A stretch of DNA of 64,000 nt from Tubulanus polymorphus (Eukaryota; Animalia; Nemertea): the NCBI RefSeq assembly GCF_964204645.1, contig NC_134026.1, positions 15,658,150 to 15,722,149 of the forward strand. The letters are read 5' to 3'. The notes below the pieces were generated by a model, which was not told the origin of the DNA, searched no databases, and worked only from the letters and a program-made list of their open reading frames with translations. Of this stretch, positions 26,865 through 39,144 are shown piece by piece. A program made the translations under genes and the position numbers. Each line of letters begins with the position of its first letter. Position 1 is the stretch's first letter.

Positions 26865-27926
26865 TCTGTAACAGCTGACACCCCAATATTATTAAAATGT
26901 AATGGTAAAATATTGATAAGAAGAATTTCAGAAATAATTCCAAAACAAAATGAATGTTATATTTCATATGGTGAAAAAGAATTAATACAAATAAATGGTT
27001 TAATGGATGTTTGGACAAGAAATGGATGGAAAAAATTAAAGAATATTATTAGACATAAATCAAATAAGAAAATCTATAGAGTTAGAACTAAATTAGGGTT
27101 TGTAGATGTTACAGAAGATCATAGTTTAATTAAACGAAATGGCGATGAAATAAAACCAACTGATATAAAAATTGGAGACGAATTATTACATAAAAGATTT
27201 TTCCAAAGAATGAATCATATGACATTCGATGAAATTATTGATAATATTTATAATATAGAACCCGAAACATTAGAAGAAAAAGAATATTTTATCAAAGGAT
27301 TTTTTATAGGAGATGGTTCAGCAGGTGTGTATAAATATGTTAATCGCACTCAATATCGTTGGTATTTATGCAATCAAGATTTGAAATTATTAGAAAGAAT
27401 AAAGAAATTCTGCGAAGTTTATTCACATAAAACATTTAGAATCATGGATCATATGAAATCATCCGCGGTTTATAGATTATTTGTAAATAATCCTAAAAAT
27501 TTTGCTACAAAATATAATGATGAATTCTATATTCATACAATAGTGAAAAGTAATACTTCAACAAAAGAAAAGATAGTTCCAGATTATGTATTAAATCCAA
27601 AAAATAATTTAAGAAAATGGTTCTTCATTGGGTTCTATGCTGCAGATGGTTCAAAAAGTTTCAAAAACCGCAAAACGATATCTTTAGCTCAAAAAGGAAA
27701 AGTTGCTATATCAGGATTGAATATATTATGCAATTCATTAGGTTTTAATATGAATATTGGATTGATTAAATCTAAACCAAATTGCTTTAATTTAAGCCAT
27801 GTAGAAAATGAGTTAACAGAAGAAGTTAAAGATTTATTTGAAATATATAACCCAACAGATTATGTTTATGATTTATCAACTGAAGATGGTACATTTAACT
27901 GTGGATTTCCATTAATAGCGGTCAAT
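26865..27926 (+). mobile_element. Intein (354 aa) with dual-motif LAGLIDADG homing endonuclease, in PolB motif C
   Basis: YFD|SVTADTPILL (block A), DVTEDHSLI (block B TxxH), FIKGFFIGDGS and FFIGFYAADGS (LAGLIDADG), VYDLSTEDGTF (block F), IAVN|TDS (Asn, then +1 Thr). Removal restores YFDTDS. Confidence 0.93.
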
Positions 27927-28776
27927 ACTGACAGTTACATACTAAAAATCAAGACAAATGACATAACAAAAGACTTAAAAACATTAAAACATCATTTTGA
28001 TTTTAGCAATTATTCCAAAGATCATGAACTATTTAGCAATGATAATAAAAAAATTCCTGGTAAGTTTAAAGATGAATTAGGGGGTGATGAAATGATTGAA
28101 TTTGTTGGGATAAGAAGTAAAATGTATAGTTACAGAACAAAAGATCATGAAGCTAAAAAGTTAAAAGGAAATATAGCTGCAAAGCAGCGATGACGGGTTT
28201 TCTGTAAAGCCATTCCGAATGATGGGAATTGTAGTAAATTGAAATATCGATACATAGAATTAAATGCATTGACAGATTCGAACCTAATATGCAACCACTG
28301 TGTAAACGTCAAATATGATTCAGCTTTGAAACCGAACATACGTGGACGTACAATCACAAATATTAATATATTTGACCAGGCACTTATTTTGGCATTCAAA
28401 CATCATGATACTGTATTATCACCATCCTTAAAAATGGATCTGTCCTATTAAGAACTCATCTTAAGCACCTGCTGAGCCGATAGATTGAGTGAATTCACAG
28501 ATAAGAACGTATTATGATTTAGAATAGATTTAAGAAGTTAATGTTTTTATTGAAATATTTGAATAAATACATATATTGTAATGTAGATTCAATCAATAAA
28601 TTATGAATTGATTTGGTCTGGGTTTCCGGCTGATGTTGATTTTGGCTCTTATGGATTACAAATTCTACAGTGATAAACAATGGATACCTGCAACATGTGT
28701 GTAAATCAAACCTATTCCACTAGTTGCGTGTGTTTCCTAATAAACGGGAGAGTCACTCTTGATCTGAGTTATTAGA

Positions 28777-30208
28777 ACTAGGAGTCCAGGGACACCATGC
28801 CCACTTGGGAAGTGGTTCCAAATGCTCAACAATCTAACAATTCAGGGGCCGGTTTCACAAAGCGTAATTAACCCTTAATTATGACTAAATCACTAATCAT
28901 GATTAAATTATCATGATTTAATCAAGTTAGGTGTTTCACAAAACGTAATTAACTTTAATTATAATTAAGTGAATTACAAAATTTAATTCTCCTCTAGAGT
29001 GTAATTAAACCTTATAATCATCATTAGTTTATTATTAAAAACAAAAAGCTGCATATATTATTCATGGAATTTGGTGTTTATTAATTGACGACGGCAATTC
29101 CTACACTTATTTAGTTCTTCAGATTGTTTGGCTCAAATAATTTGGATTTTTTGCCTTTTGTAAAAAAGGCATGTCAATACTCTAAATTCTATTGATTTTT
29201 TTCCAAACGTCCTATGTTTTTGTCAGCACGACCACCACATACTTAGAAGTATTGAATTAATTGATTTTGTCCATACATATGATAGATTTCCGTCAGTAGA
29301 GTACATATCTATGGAGTTAGTGTTAAAAAGTGCTAATCACTGCTCGAAAAAAAACCCTATTTACGAGGATTTAATTTTGCTGACTGGAGGTGAGTTTCTA
29401 TTTAAAAACTTCTGAGACATCTTGCTAAGTTTTTCCACTGGTTCCTGAGACCTTTCAGAGCAATCTTTAACTCCCAAAGGAGTGAATTTCTCTTTTCCTC
29501 TAAACAAGGAAGGTTGTTGATGCTTGGACAGCAAATGGCTGTCTAAAGTTCCGCCATTTTGATACAGTTAAATTGTAATCAAGTTGCCTAACTATGTAAT
29601 TAGTTAATTTTGTAATTAAACCCTTTTGTGAAACCGAATTTTAATCGTAATTAACTAATCATGATTAAGGAAATTTAATCATGATTTAGGTCCTAATTAT
29701 AATTAAAGTTAATTATGCTTTGTGAAACCGGCCCCAGGTATCAAAGGTATAAAACATCCCTTTTCAATGAGAAATGGCAAACTCAGAATTCGGGCCAAAA
29801 TTGACATTTTTGGGCACTAAAAAAGGTCATAGGACGGCCATCTTGAGTCTGTATCCCAATTTTTGTTATGCTGATGGGCCCAGGGGGCATTCACATATAT
29901 CCGAAAGATCAAGGTAATTGATCAAAGCATCTTCAAAATTTCCCTCAAAAAGTTCAAAAATGTGTAAAAAGTGTTGATTTTGGCGAACAACAATGGCTGC
30001 CAGTCGGCCATCTTGAATCTGACAGGGCCAGTTTTTGAGCTGAAGATGTGTCTAGGGTAGATACATGTGAAACCCAAATATCAAGACATTACATTGAAGC
30101 GTCTTCAAAACTTCCTAAAATAACTGATTTCCGTCTACGGACGGACGGACGACAGACGAAAAGTGAACGCAATAGCCCGCTGGGACTAAAGTCCCAAGTG
30201 GGCTAAAA
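28777..30208 (-). mobile_element. HINE-like element, family B, nested
   Basis: Shares ends (CCCACTTGGGACTTTAGTCCCAGCGGGCTA, (GTCC)n, ..CCCTGGAC.CCTAGTT) with 46362-47778 and 56558-59003. Confidence 0.75.
28846..29734. mobile_element. PIF/Harbinger-type MITE
   Basis: TIRs GGGCCGGTTTCACAAAGC.. / ..GCTTTGTGAAACCGGCCC, with flanking 3-bp CAG on both sides. Confidence 0.7.
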
Positions 30209-32900
30209 ATAATGTTCATTTAGTCATAGAAATCCATTGCCTTTTTGGAGTTTCTGTAATAATATTTGTTCTGCCCTAATTTTTATTACTGTATGAACCA
30301 ATGATATGCTTTGTAAATATGATGTAATAAAATAAATTTGAATTAAATTTGAACATGAGAATCAAGCATAACTTGTGTTTTTTCAACTTGTCTTACTTGT
30401 CTTTTGTTAACAGTTCCAGAGTTTCAATTACAATCAAATCCAAATTTGCTAAAAAGTACATAGGACTAAATGAAATGAACGGTTAGTTACTGCAAACCTA
30501 TTCCAGTGTTATGTCGATCGTGTTGAATCACTTTCCTTGAGTTGAAAGAATCAGATCTTCTATGGTACAATATCGGTCGAAGAGAGATATATGGTGTTGA
30601 CTGTCCTTGACCATCTAACTTCATGCATTTGACATTGGAATCAGCATCATACCCATTTGAACTGCAAAATATTCATACAACATGAAAACCTACAGGACAT
30701 GTATACAGTATTAATCAAACTTTCACCGATGTTGGATATTTGAATGAACATTAGGTTTATTTCAGTACTCTAAAGCAGGAAATAATAAGCCCAATCAATA
30801 GGCCCTATTCCCATTGGAACAATTATATAATGCGTACAGCTGTATCGTACACTTATCAGTCAAGAATGGAGAAATCGGTATACCAAACCTACGAACAGCA
30901 AAATGTACAGGCCTACAATGATTTCTGGTAATACAAGCCGTGACCACATGAACGTTTTGGTTTGACTATTAATGTCAGCAGGTCAGAGAAGGCCTGGCCA
31001 AACTTAATCACATGGCTCAAATCAATTAGCATTTCTGCGTGTGAATATTTCACTGTATTGTTTTAAAAATAGGCCTATCGAGTGAATTAGTACATAGACT
31101 GAATTAGACTTTAGGCTAGTCCTGACCAAATCCTATCCATATTATCATGGCACCAGTTATAGTAACATCACTGTAGGGCCGACGAGAGGGAAAAAGTTGT
31201 GTTTGTAGTACATAGGCATGGTAGGCTTGTCGTACTCACTTAATACTTAAAACGCTGTTGTTACCTGTACGTGACTGTACGGTGATTTCTACAGGTTAGC
31301 CATATGTGAGTACATATGGAGTACATATACATATGGAGCATGCGCGTTTGCAGATTATAGGAACTCACGTACAGCGTTTTTAGGGAACTCACGTACCGTT
31401 AACCTGTGGATATCACCGTACAGTCACTGGCACGTACGGGTAACAACTTCGTACTTAAAAAATGGTATTGGCTACTAGGAACTCACGTACGGCGTTAGTA
31501 GGGAACTCACGTACGGTTAACCTGTGGATATCACCGTACAGTCACGTACGCGTTACAATTTCGTACTTAAAATGGTATTGGCTTCTATATAATAGGCCTA
31601 TAGACAAATAAATACCGGTAGGCTTTCTTATAACCTTAGCTTCCACACTTCACAACCGAACCAACTGACCAACCAGTAGTATATTTAGTCCCAGTACGCA
31701 CCAACCGGCACAGGCCTAACACTGTTTGTCAACTGTGTGTACCGTTGTAGGCTATCGATAATCACCTGATACTTCTCTGTCGTTTGTTTTCTCTCTCTGA
31801 GACGAAGACGAACGTAATTCTAGTAGCCTTCCGCGACTCAACGACCTTGATTTAAACTTGATCAATTCAAAGTGTGTTTATTGACGCTTTTGGTTACATG
31901 AACTGATCAGCAATATACTTAAATAAAATAACCGGAATAACAAGAAATCAAAAATATTAAAGAGGTAACAAACAAATGCCCGTAAACCTGTCAGACACGC
32001 GAACGCCCGACTCGTAAACTCTTGGACTCGGACCCGCTGAGCAATAAATTCATAAAATTGACTTTGAAATTGATTGTGGAGAAGAGAGGGAATTATTCGA
32101 TAGCTCTTCCTCGAAAAGAAGAGAGAAATATCGGTAAGAAAACACAACATGGCTACTAATTGAACGGAGCCAAATTTCCGATGTTTACGGCTCGACAGTG
32201 CCTTTATAACGTGGATTTATCAAAATTCCCATGCAGTATCTGGAGATTGAAGTGAGCTGAAGGACATCATACGGATTGTATCGGCGACAGCGGTAAGGTA
32301 AGGAAACCTTTACACTTTTAACAAAAACTATGTGGAAAAGGGAAAAAAAAATAATAATAATCACGCGAATTTCAATAGGGTTTTCTGTGAAGAAACAGAA
32401 AACCCTAATAACAAAACATGTGGTTGATAAACATATAGAATTTCAAGATTATATAAAGTGTTTATATAACTCAATTGTAATGAAACATAAAATGAATTGT
32501 TTAAGATCAGAAGATCACGAGATGTACATTAATGAACTTGAAAAAACTAGTTTGAATCCATTTGATGATAAAAGGCATATTTTAGATGATGGTATAAAAA
32601 CATTACCTTATGGCCATTAAAACATAAAATCAATATCATCATACTCGAAATCACTATTGGCTTCTTCATTTTCATTTAATTGTTCTTGTATAATTTGTTT
32701 AGGTTCTTCCATTTAATTTTTCTCATTTAAATAACGTGTTATATTATTCCACATTTCATCTCGCTCTCTTTGCTTCTTTTTGTTTGTTAATTCATCAAAT
32801 GGAATTATAATATCTATGTTTAAATAATTTACAATCTTATTTAAAAAGAATTCATAATTAATTTGTTATTCTATTTTCCAAATGATACATTTATATTTGT

Positions 32901-33941
32901 TTAAATATTTTTTTTAATATTTTCCATATCTTCTTCTGTTAATTTAGGTTTTTCATAATAATCGTTAAATAATAAATATAAATACATTTTCTTTTGTTTT
33001 GTGTTAAATGTTGACGGAATAATTGTTTTTATAATATCTTTTTTAGTTATTTCACCATTTTTATTTTCTATTATTTTCATTTTTTCAAGCCATTGCATAT
33101 ATTCTGGTGTATGATCTTCTATAGAAAATATTTTAAAAATTTCATCTAGATAATTTGATTTTGGATCTATGAGAAAATTTCTAGTTTTTTCTTCACCCCA
33201 TAAATTCTTTTGCCATCCACAATCAACACAAAATAACACAGTACCTTCTTGTCTTAAGGTCGCATAACTACATGGTGGACATTTTCGTTTATAATTTATT
33301 GGTAATAGATCTTCATTAAGCTCTTGGTATTTTCTTACGTTTTCTTTATGTTTTATTGTTCTATTATGTAGATTTGAATTACTTGTTGTAATAATCAATT
33401 TACAATATTTACAATAATATGTTTTTCTTGTTAATTCATTATATTGTTTTTCTAACTTTTCAACTGTTTCTTTATTATCTGGTAACGTTTTCTCATATTT
33501 TATTTTTTCTAATAAACTATTTTTTCTTTCATTGAATTCAGTTTCAAATTTATTAGAAATTTTATCTATATGTACTTTACGAAATTGATGATTCTCCCAA
33601 TCTTCTATATTTTCAGGGCTGTATTTTATTCGACAAGGCTCGCAGAAATGATCTTTTATATTATCCTTATCATGGAATAAGAAAGGTCTTTTCCAAATAA
33701 TTTCATGTTCAACTTCAACAGAATTACTATTACTTTCATTACTATCAACATTAGCCGTTGCGCCATTAATTTTACACTTCTCTGAATGTTTTTTAACATA
33801 ATTTCTTGAGAATAATTTATTACATTTTGGGCAGTTTAGTTTAGGGGGTTTATAATTTTCTTCATGTTTTTTCATATATCGAGCAATATTACTTTTTCTT
33901 AGAAGTTCATCACAAATTTCACATGCTATCTTCTCATCCAT
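32901..33941 (-). CDS. Maverick multi-zinc-finger protein (346 aa)
   Basis: Intact ORF with CEIC..H, CPKC..HSEKC, CEPC..H..H, CKYC..H..H and CPPC..CVDC. TAAATG start. Confidence 0.7.
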   Translation of the reverse strand: MDEKIACEICDELLRKSNIARYMKKHEENYKPPKLNCPKCNKLFSRNYVKKHSEKCKINGATANVDSNESNSNSVEVEHEIIWKRPFLFHDKDNIKDHFCEPCRIKYSPENIEDWENHQFRKVHIDKISNKFETEFNERKNSLLEKIKYEKTLPDNKETVEKLEKQYNELTRKTYYCKYCKLIITTSNSNLHNRTIKHKENVRKYQELNEDLLPINYKRKCPPCSYATLRQEGTVLFCVDCGWQKNLWGEEKTRNFLIDPKSNYLDEIFKIFSIEDHTPEYMQWLEKMKIIENKNGEITKKDIIKTIIPSTFNTKQKKMYLYLLFNDYYEKPKLTEEDMENIKKNI

Positions 33942-34009
33942 TTATTAAGGACAAATTTTATTAAAATTAATTTTTAGTGATGAGCGGTAATTTTTTTATG
34001 CTATAAATA

Positions 34010-34190
34010 ATGGTAGAATTAAAAGAATAGAGAATATATGTTGATTCTAGAAAACTTACAAATTATAAATCACATAATTTACTAGTACAATTAGATAGAT
34101 AATTTAAGAATTGTGTTGATTTAAAATTAGTAAATATAAGTTTATGTAACTCATTTTACAATATATCGGATAAACTGATGAACATAGAAT
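34010..34190 (+). pseudogene. Possible minor capsid (penton) 5' remnant
   Basis: Translation with stops: RIYVDSR..L.VQLDR.FKN..DLKLVNISLCNSFYNISD, which resembles the N-terminus of Polinton/virophage minor capsid proteins. Truncated. Confidence 0.4.
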
Positions 34191-34216
34191 CCTTTTGTAA
34201 TTTTTTTGTTAAATAA

Positions 34217-34639
34217 ATGGCTTCTGCAATTATAACTATTATAGGATCGGCAATTGTTAACGCTTTAGCATTTACTGGTGGTGGTTATTTATTTAAGCAT
34301 ATTGATAAAAATGGATCATTAACAGAACAAAAAAGACATAACTTAGCATTAGAGAAATATAATAAAGCAGCAGAAGAATATAGAGAAAAGAGACAAAACT
34401 ATATGGATTATATTAACAAGGAATTATATGATCAGAAGATTTCACATAGAGATTTTCAATCAGTCGATGATGCAATGAGTTTATATAACGCGGTAACCAA
34501 TAAAGAAAAATTACATCTATACAAACCTAAATTATCAGATTTTTATACCCCAAGTAAAGAACAGAAGAAATATGAAATAATATGGATTTTAGGTGGAACA
34601 GTTGTTGTTATATTTGTAGCATATAAATTTACTAATTAG
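34217..34639 (+). CDS. Maverick small protein with hydrophobic N-terminus, coiled coil and C-terminal TM
   Basis: Intact ORF MASAIITIIGSAIVNALAFTGG..EQKRHNLALE..IIWILGGTVVVIFVAY. TAAATG start. Confidence 0.75.
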   Translation: MASAIITIIGSAIVNALAFTGGGYLFKHIDKNGSLTEQKRHNLALEKYNKAAEEYREKRQNYMDYINKELYDQKISHRDFQSVDDAMSLYNAVTNKEKLHLYKPKLSDFYTPSKEQKKYEIIWILGGTVVVIFVAYKFTN

Positions 34640-34658
34640 TAATTTTTTTTCTAAATAA

Positions 34659-35093
34659 ATGAAAGGTAAAGTTGATAATATTGATATCATTCCTCGTGAT
34701 ATAAATAAAACTAAATTAAAAACAAATTTAGAAAAACAAATATTAGAATTTGAAAGTGACTTAAAGATAAAAAAGAAAAAATATTTAAAAAGTAAAATTA
34801 TATATTATTTGATTATAAGTGGTTCGGTTACAATTAGTTCTGTAATAACATTTCTAGCAATATTCAGTCCATTAACACCTTTAGCTATATCAATTGGTGT
34901 GTTAGGATTAAGTTCAAGTGTTTTAACCGGTATAAGTTCAAAATTAAATATAAAAAGTAATAAAGAAAAAATTAAAACTAATATAAAAGAAATTAATAAA
35001 TTAAAGAATACACTAGATTATATAATAAGTTTAAATGGTCATATAACAGTTGAAGAACAAGATAAATTATTAAAAGAATTAATAAATTATTAA
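34659..35093 (+). CDS. Two-TM coiled-coil protein
   Basis: Intact ORF with two adjacent hydrophobic helices. TAAATG start. Confidence 0.7.
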   Translation: MKGKVDNIDIIPRDINKTKLKTNLEKQILEFESDLKIKKKKYLKSKIIYYLIISGSVTISSVITFLAIFSPLTPLAISIGVLGLSSSVLTGISSKLNIKSNKEKIKTNIKEINKLKNTLDYIISLNGHITVEEQDKLLKELINY

Positions 35094-35108
35094 TTTTTTA
35101 TTATATAA

Positions 35109-36419
35109 ATGGGGTTTCCAAAAGCCTTCCAATATGATAAATCACATGAATATTATAAATATAATACTCCAGCAATAGATTTTAGTAACATGATAATATA
35201 TAAAAATTTAGTTTACCCTTCATTGATTAATTTAGAAATTTATGTTACTGAAACAAACTATTTTATTTCTAAAATGGAAAATATATTTAATACATATGAA
35301 GTTACTTTTACTCGAGATGAATATAATATATATAAAGTAAAATCTAATATGAAATAATGGCAGAATCAATTAAATTTTGCTGTTCATTGTGCAACAGCTG
35401 GTTGTGGTGTAAGTTGGCATGATCACTTGAATAACTTAGATAAAAATTTGAAATATTCTGATTTAAAATTCATTCATACAATATTTAGATTTCATGTATA
35501 CTTTCAAATTAGAATTATATTAAATGAATTAGAATGCCCTTTACCTGGATCAAAATATTTTAAAGAATTGGATAATAATATTAATCTATCTAAGTTTTAT
35601 AAAATATGTAATGAATTTAATATAAATATTAATTTCGATTTTAGAGCGCATGGTAGATTACATGGCGTTGGTGAAGAGTATGAAATAAAAAGAATTGATT
35701 ATATGCATAGAATTTCAGCTTATCATAATTATAGAATTGATAATAATAATGGTTGGGTTTATTTTATTGAATCTTATAGTGAAGGATTTACAAAACCTGG
35801 TATACAAAGAATAAATCAATCAATTAGAACTTATTTGATATGTATTTTAGGTGCGCAAGTTGAAACAAGATCACCAATAGTTGGAAATAATAGTACTTCA
35901 TTTGATGCGCAGAAACAATTTAAAGTATTATTTGAAGATTCCATTCATAATGATAAAAATAGATCGATTCCAGAAAACATTGTAAGATATCAAAATTATT
36001 TAGATAAATCTCATGTAAGACTAAATTATTGTATAGGCCCTAATCTATTAATTATTTCTAATGATTTAGTATTAAAGATGGGAAATATAATTGGTTATAA
36101 TAATCTAATTAAAGCTGCAACAATAAATAATTCAATTGGATTAAGTGATATAAATAAAAAGATTATTACTGCTCCAAAATTAATGGAAGGTGAAAAAAAT
36201 AAAAAACATATTCAATCAACAGAAACTAAAACTAATAATATTAAATTAAATAATGATTCCAAAATAAAAGATTACAATACTACAGAAAATATTAAAACTG
36301 ATAATATTCAACATGATATAATTAAAACTGATAATGATAATAAATCCCATGAAAATACTAAATTAGCTTTAACTTGTATAGGAATTGTTATAGGAGGAAT
36401 ATTATATTTTAAATTTTAA
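35109..36419 (+). pseudogene. Maverick hypothetical protein with C-terminal TM; one internal stop at 35355-35357
   Basis: ORFs 35109-35357 and 35427-36419 are in frame, linked by WQNQLNFAVHCATAGCGVSWHDH. Confidence 0.7.
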
Positions 36420-36435
36420 TTTTTTTATTATATAA

Positions 36436-39124
36436 ATGGATGTAGAAGGTGGAGAAGATATTGGAATGGATAATTTTGATGAACCTGGCATAACTGATGA
36501 ACAACAACCTGATTTTAGTGAACCAAGTTTTAATGACGGTAATGAGCCTGAATATAATAATAATTTAAATATGCCTGATTATATTAAAAATGCAGAATCA
36601 CAATTAAATCCTGAAAATTTAGACCCAGATTTAGTAAAACAAGATTTAAATAATTTAAACAAAATACCTAAATTAAAACATATAATTGAAAATTCTGAAT
36701 TTAATATAAATGATGAAGCCGTTGGACCTTTGGCAGATAAATTAAAATTTTTAGATAATGGTAAATGGTATTATCGTTTGAAAGGTGATTATTATATTGA
36801 TATCACTAATCAAAGGACAAAACTAAAAAAAATATTAGCGGAATCAACTTTGAAAAATTTAGAAACATTTAGAATTAAGAGAATAAGTAATATTAATGAA
36901 ATAACTGATGTTACACAAAAAGAAAGAGATGATAATATGGACGTATTTAAACAAAGAATTAATGAATTATTTGAAATAATCAAAAAGAAATCAGAAACAG
37001 AAACAACTTCTGAACAGAATATAACTTCCAAAACTAGTAAACATAAATCAAATAAAGTTCCAATTGAAAAACTTTTACCGAATGGATTAATTGATGCAAC
37101 AGATCAACAATTAGAAGATTTAAATAATATATTTTCTGTTGAAGCAATAAGAGAAATTAAAAGTATAAGACTTGCATCTGATAAAATTGCGCATGATAAA
37201 AATATAAGAGATTTTAAAATTAGAACTTTAGAAAAAGAATTAACTGATAAATATAAAGAAATAGAACAATTAAAGTCTGATTTAGATCATCAAGTAATTG
37301 ATGAAATAGAATATAGGAAAAAAGAATTACGTTTAGAAAAAGAAAAAGATGATTTAGAATATAACATACAATTACAAAAAGAAGAAATTAAATTATTATT
37401 AAAATCATATGATTATAATATTAATAGATTAAAAGTTATTTTTAAAGATTTGTTGATTAAACCAAATTCTGAAATATCATTGAAAGATAGAATAAAGTTA
37501 TTATTGATGGGTTTCGTCGTCAGACGAACCCATCTATGGCATCGTCGTCATGTCTGTCTGTCTGTCCGTCTGTGGATGTTTCTTTATGACACGATTTAAG
37601 CTGTTTGTGTGGACCGACAATTCTGTAATTTCACACAGGTATTCTCTACTTGATGTAGATGGTGCAGCTTGGTTTATATTTGATTCCGATGGTTATAAGT
37701 GCTCTAATATGGTTAAAAGATAATTAACGTTACTCGCTAGTTCAAGCCGCTGTATAGCGCGTTGCTACGACGACGCTCGATCAACATACTTGTACTCGCT
37801 GTGTAATACTGAACACGTATATACCTGTAGATATTGATCGTACTAGCACCGGTTTTAGATAGCCCGCGCTGATCGGTCTTAACACTTCTCGGAAATGCTG
37901 TGCTAAATGCTGAGAGGCCGAATCTATGCGCAATCATTTATTGGGCTCGTCACATTTGATAGTGAATGGATAAATAACCGGTGTCAATGACGGTCGCTAC
38001 TCCCCATCATTTTAACTCAGTATAAGAAATAATTCTTTCGAGTTTTTTTTTCAATCCCCGAAGTTGTTGTTACTATGTTGACCTCGCCGTTTTATAAGCT
38101 TACCGATGATTCTTCTAGTATTTTCAGGGTCACAAGACATGACGAAGTCGCAAAGTTTTGTACAAATTTCACGAAACAAACAATTATTTAGGCGGCATCT
38201 GATCTATTGATTAATTATGATAAATAATGTTTATTTCATTAAAAATTGGTTTTATTCAAACACTACTTTCATCGCACATAGCGTGATCGGTAGGCCCTAC
38301 TATTCTACGGTAGGCCATGGACTCTTTCATGTGGTAGGCCTATTACAAATGATACAATCCGCGTGTCCGTGAATAAGTGACACGTGGTGGGGCGGGTTGT
38401 GAGGAGCATCGAAACTAATCCATCACAAATAATAGATAGAAAACAATACCTTAAGAGGTTAACTTTTATTAACATCATTACCAAATCAAAACCTGCACAT
38501 CCTATCATAAATAGAAATTCTAAGAATTTATTTCAAAGAATAATAAATTACGTCTAAATATTGGGATTCGAACTCGTAGCATCGATTCAGGTGCCTTTCC
38601 CAAAGCGGGTATCCCGCGGGGAAAACCCATTACTATTTATATCGAGAATCGCCTTTTTGACAGCGAGTTCGGTGAATGAAACAGAAACAATTACACAGAA
38701 ACCCATCATGGAAAGTTTCTTACTGGTTTAAATTAGACGGAATAACAATTCTTTCAATTCTAACAGCTGTAACTATGTTATTTACAACAATTGGTTTGCA
38801 ATATCAAATGCTTTAAAATCTACTCCTACTCAAAATAAACCGGATAAACCCCCGAATGATAATAATTCCATACAAGATAAAGTTGAAGATGGTTTAAAGA
38901 AATTAGCAAAATATTTATGGGAACTATCTAAAAAATCTGCTGCAGCATTACCAGGAATTATTGCATCAATTGTTGGTTTTATATTGAAATCGGCTGGGAA
39001 TATTCTTAACTTTGCTGCTGAACATATTATTTTATTTTTAATTACAGTTGTAAGTGCTATTATTTTTGGGTTAGTGAATATGATATCAAAAAGATATCAA
39101 GAAAAAATAATAAAAAATAAATAA
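36436..39124 (+). pseudogene. Coiled-coil protein with C-terminal membrane helices, split by a HINE (37504-38728)
   Basis: ..SLKDRIKLL|FKLDGITILSILTAVTMLF..SAAALPGIIASIVGFILKSAG..AAEHIILFLI rejoins across the insertion. Confidence 0.75.
37504..38728 (+). mobile_element. HINE-like element, family C
   Basis: 5' GATGGGTTTCG..CGAACCCATC inverted repeat, (GTCT)n tract, 3' GAAACCCATC subterminal repeat. Inserted at a T-run. Confidence 0.65.
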
Positions 39125-39144
39125 TTAATTTTTTTGTTAAATAA

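Larger units (their letters stand above)
28170..32407 (-). mobile_element. Non-autonomous Helentron-type (HINE/DINE-1-like) element, family A, inserted in polB
   Basis: Ends AATATAGCTGCAAAGCAGCGAT (hairpin) and AATAGGGTTTTCTG..CAGAAAACCCTAAT (subterminal IR) with an (ATT)n tract. The same ends occur at 44402-50846 and 60593-62719. Confidence 0.75.
24078..32620 (+). pseudogene. polB: Protein-primed family B DNA polymerase (with intein; frameshifts, internal deletion, HINE insertion 28170-32407)
   Basis: N-terminal SSYIKLP..NVQNEDNKCFLWS. Exo YGDFES, FHNLSGYD, FLDSYRFLASSL. Endonuclease-VII-like CCYC..RDHNH..RGAAH..CN. Motif A YIDANNLYGWAM, motif B KLMNNSFYGKT, motif C YFD/TDS. C-terminus KKLKG|ITK..DDKR..TLPYGH rejoins across the insertion. 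Confidence 0.95.

Noticed and set aside
26865-27926. Group I intron-encoded endonuclease or Hedgehog-type Hint domain
   Set aside because: The insert is in frame at both ends, with Ser1 and Asn|Thr junctions inside the catalytic motif and an embedded endonuclease. This is the pattern of a true intein.
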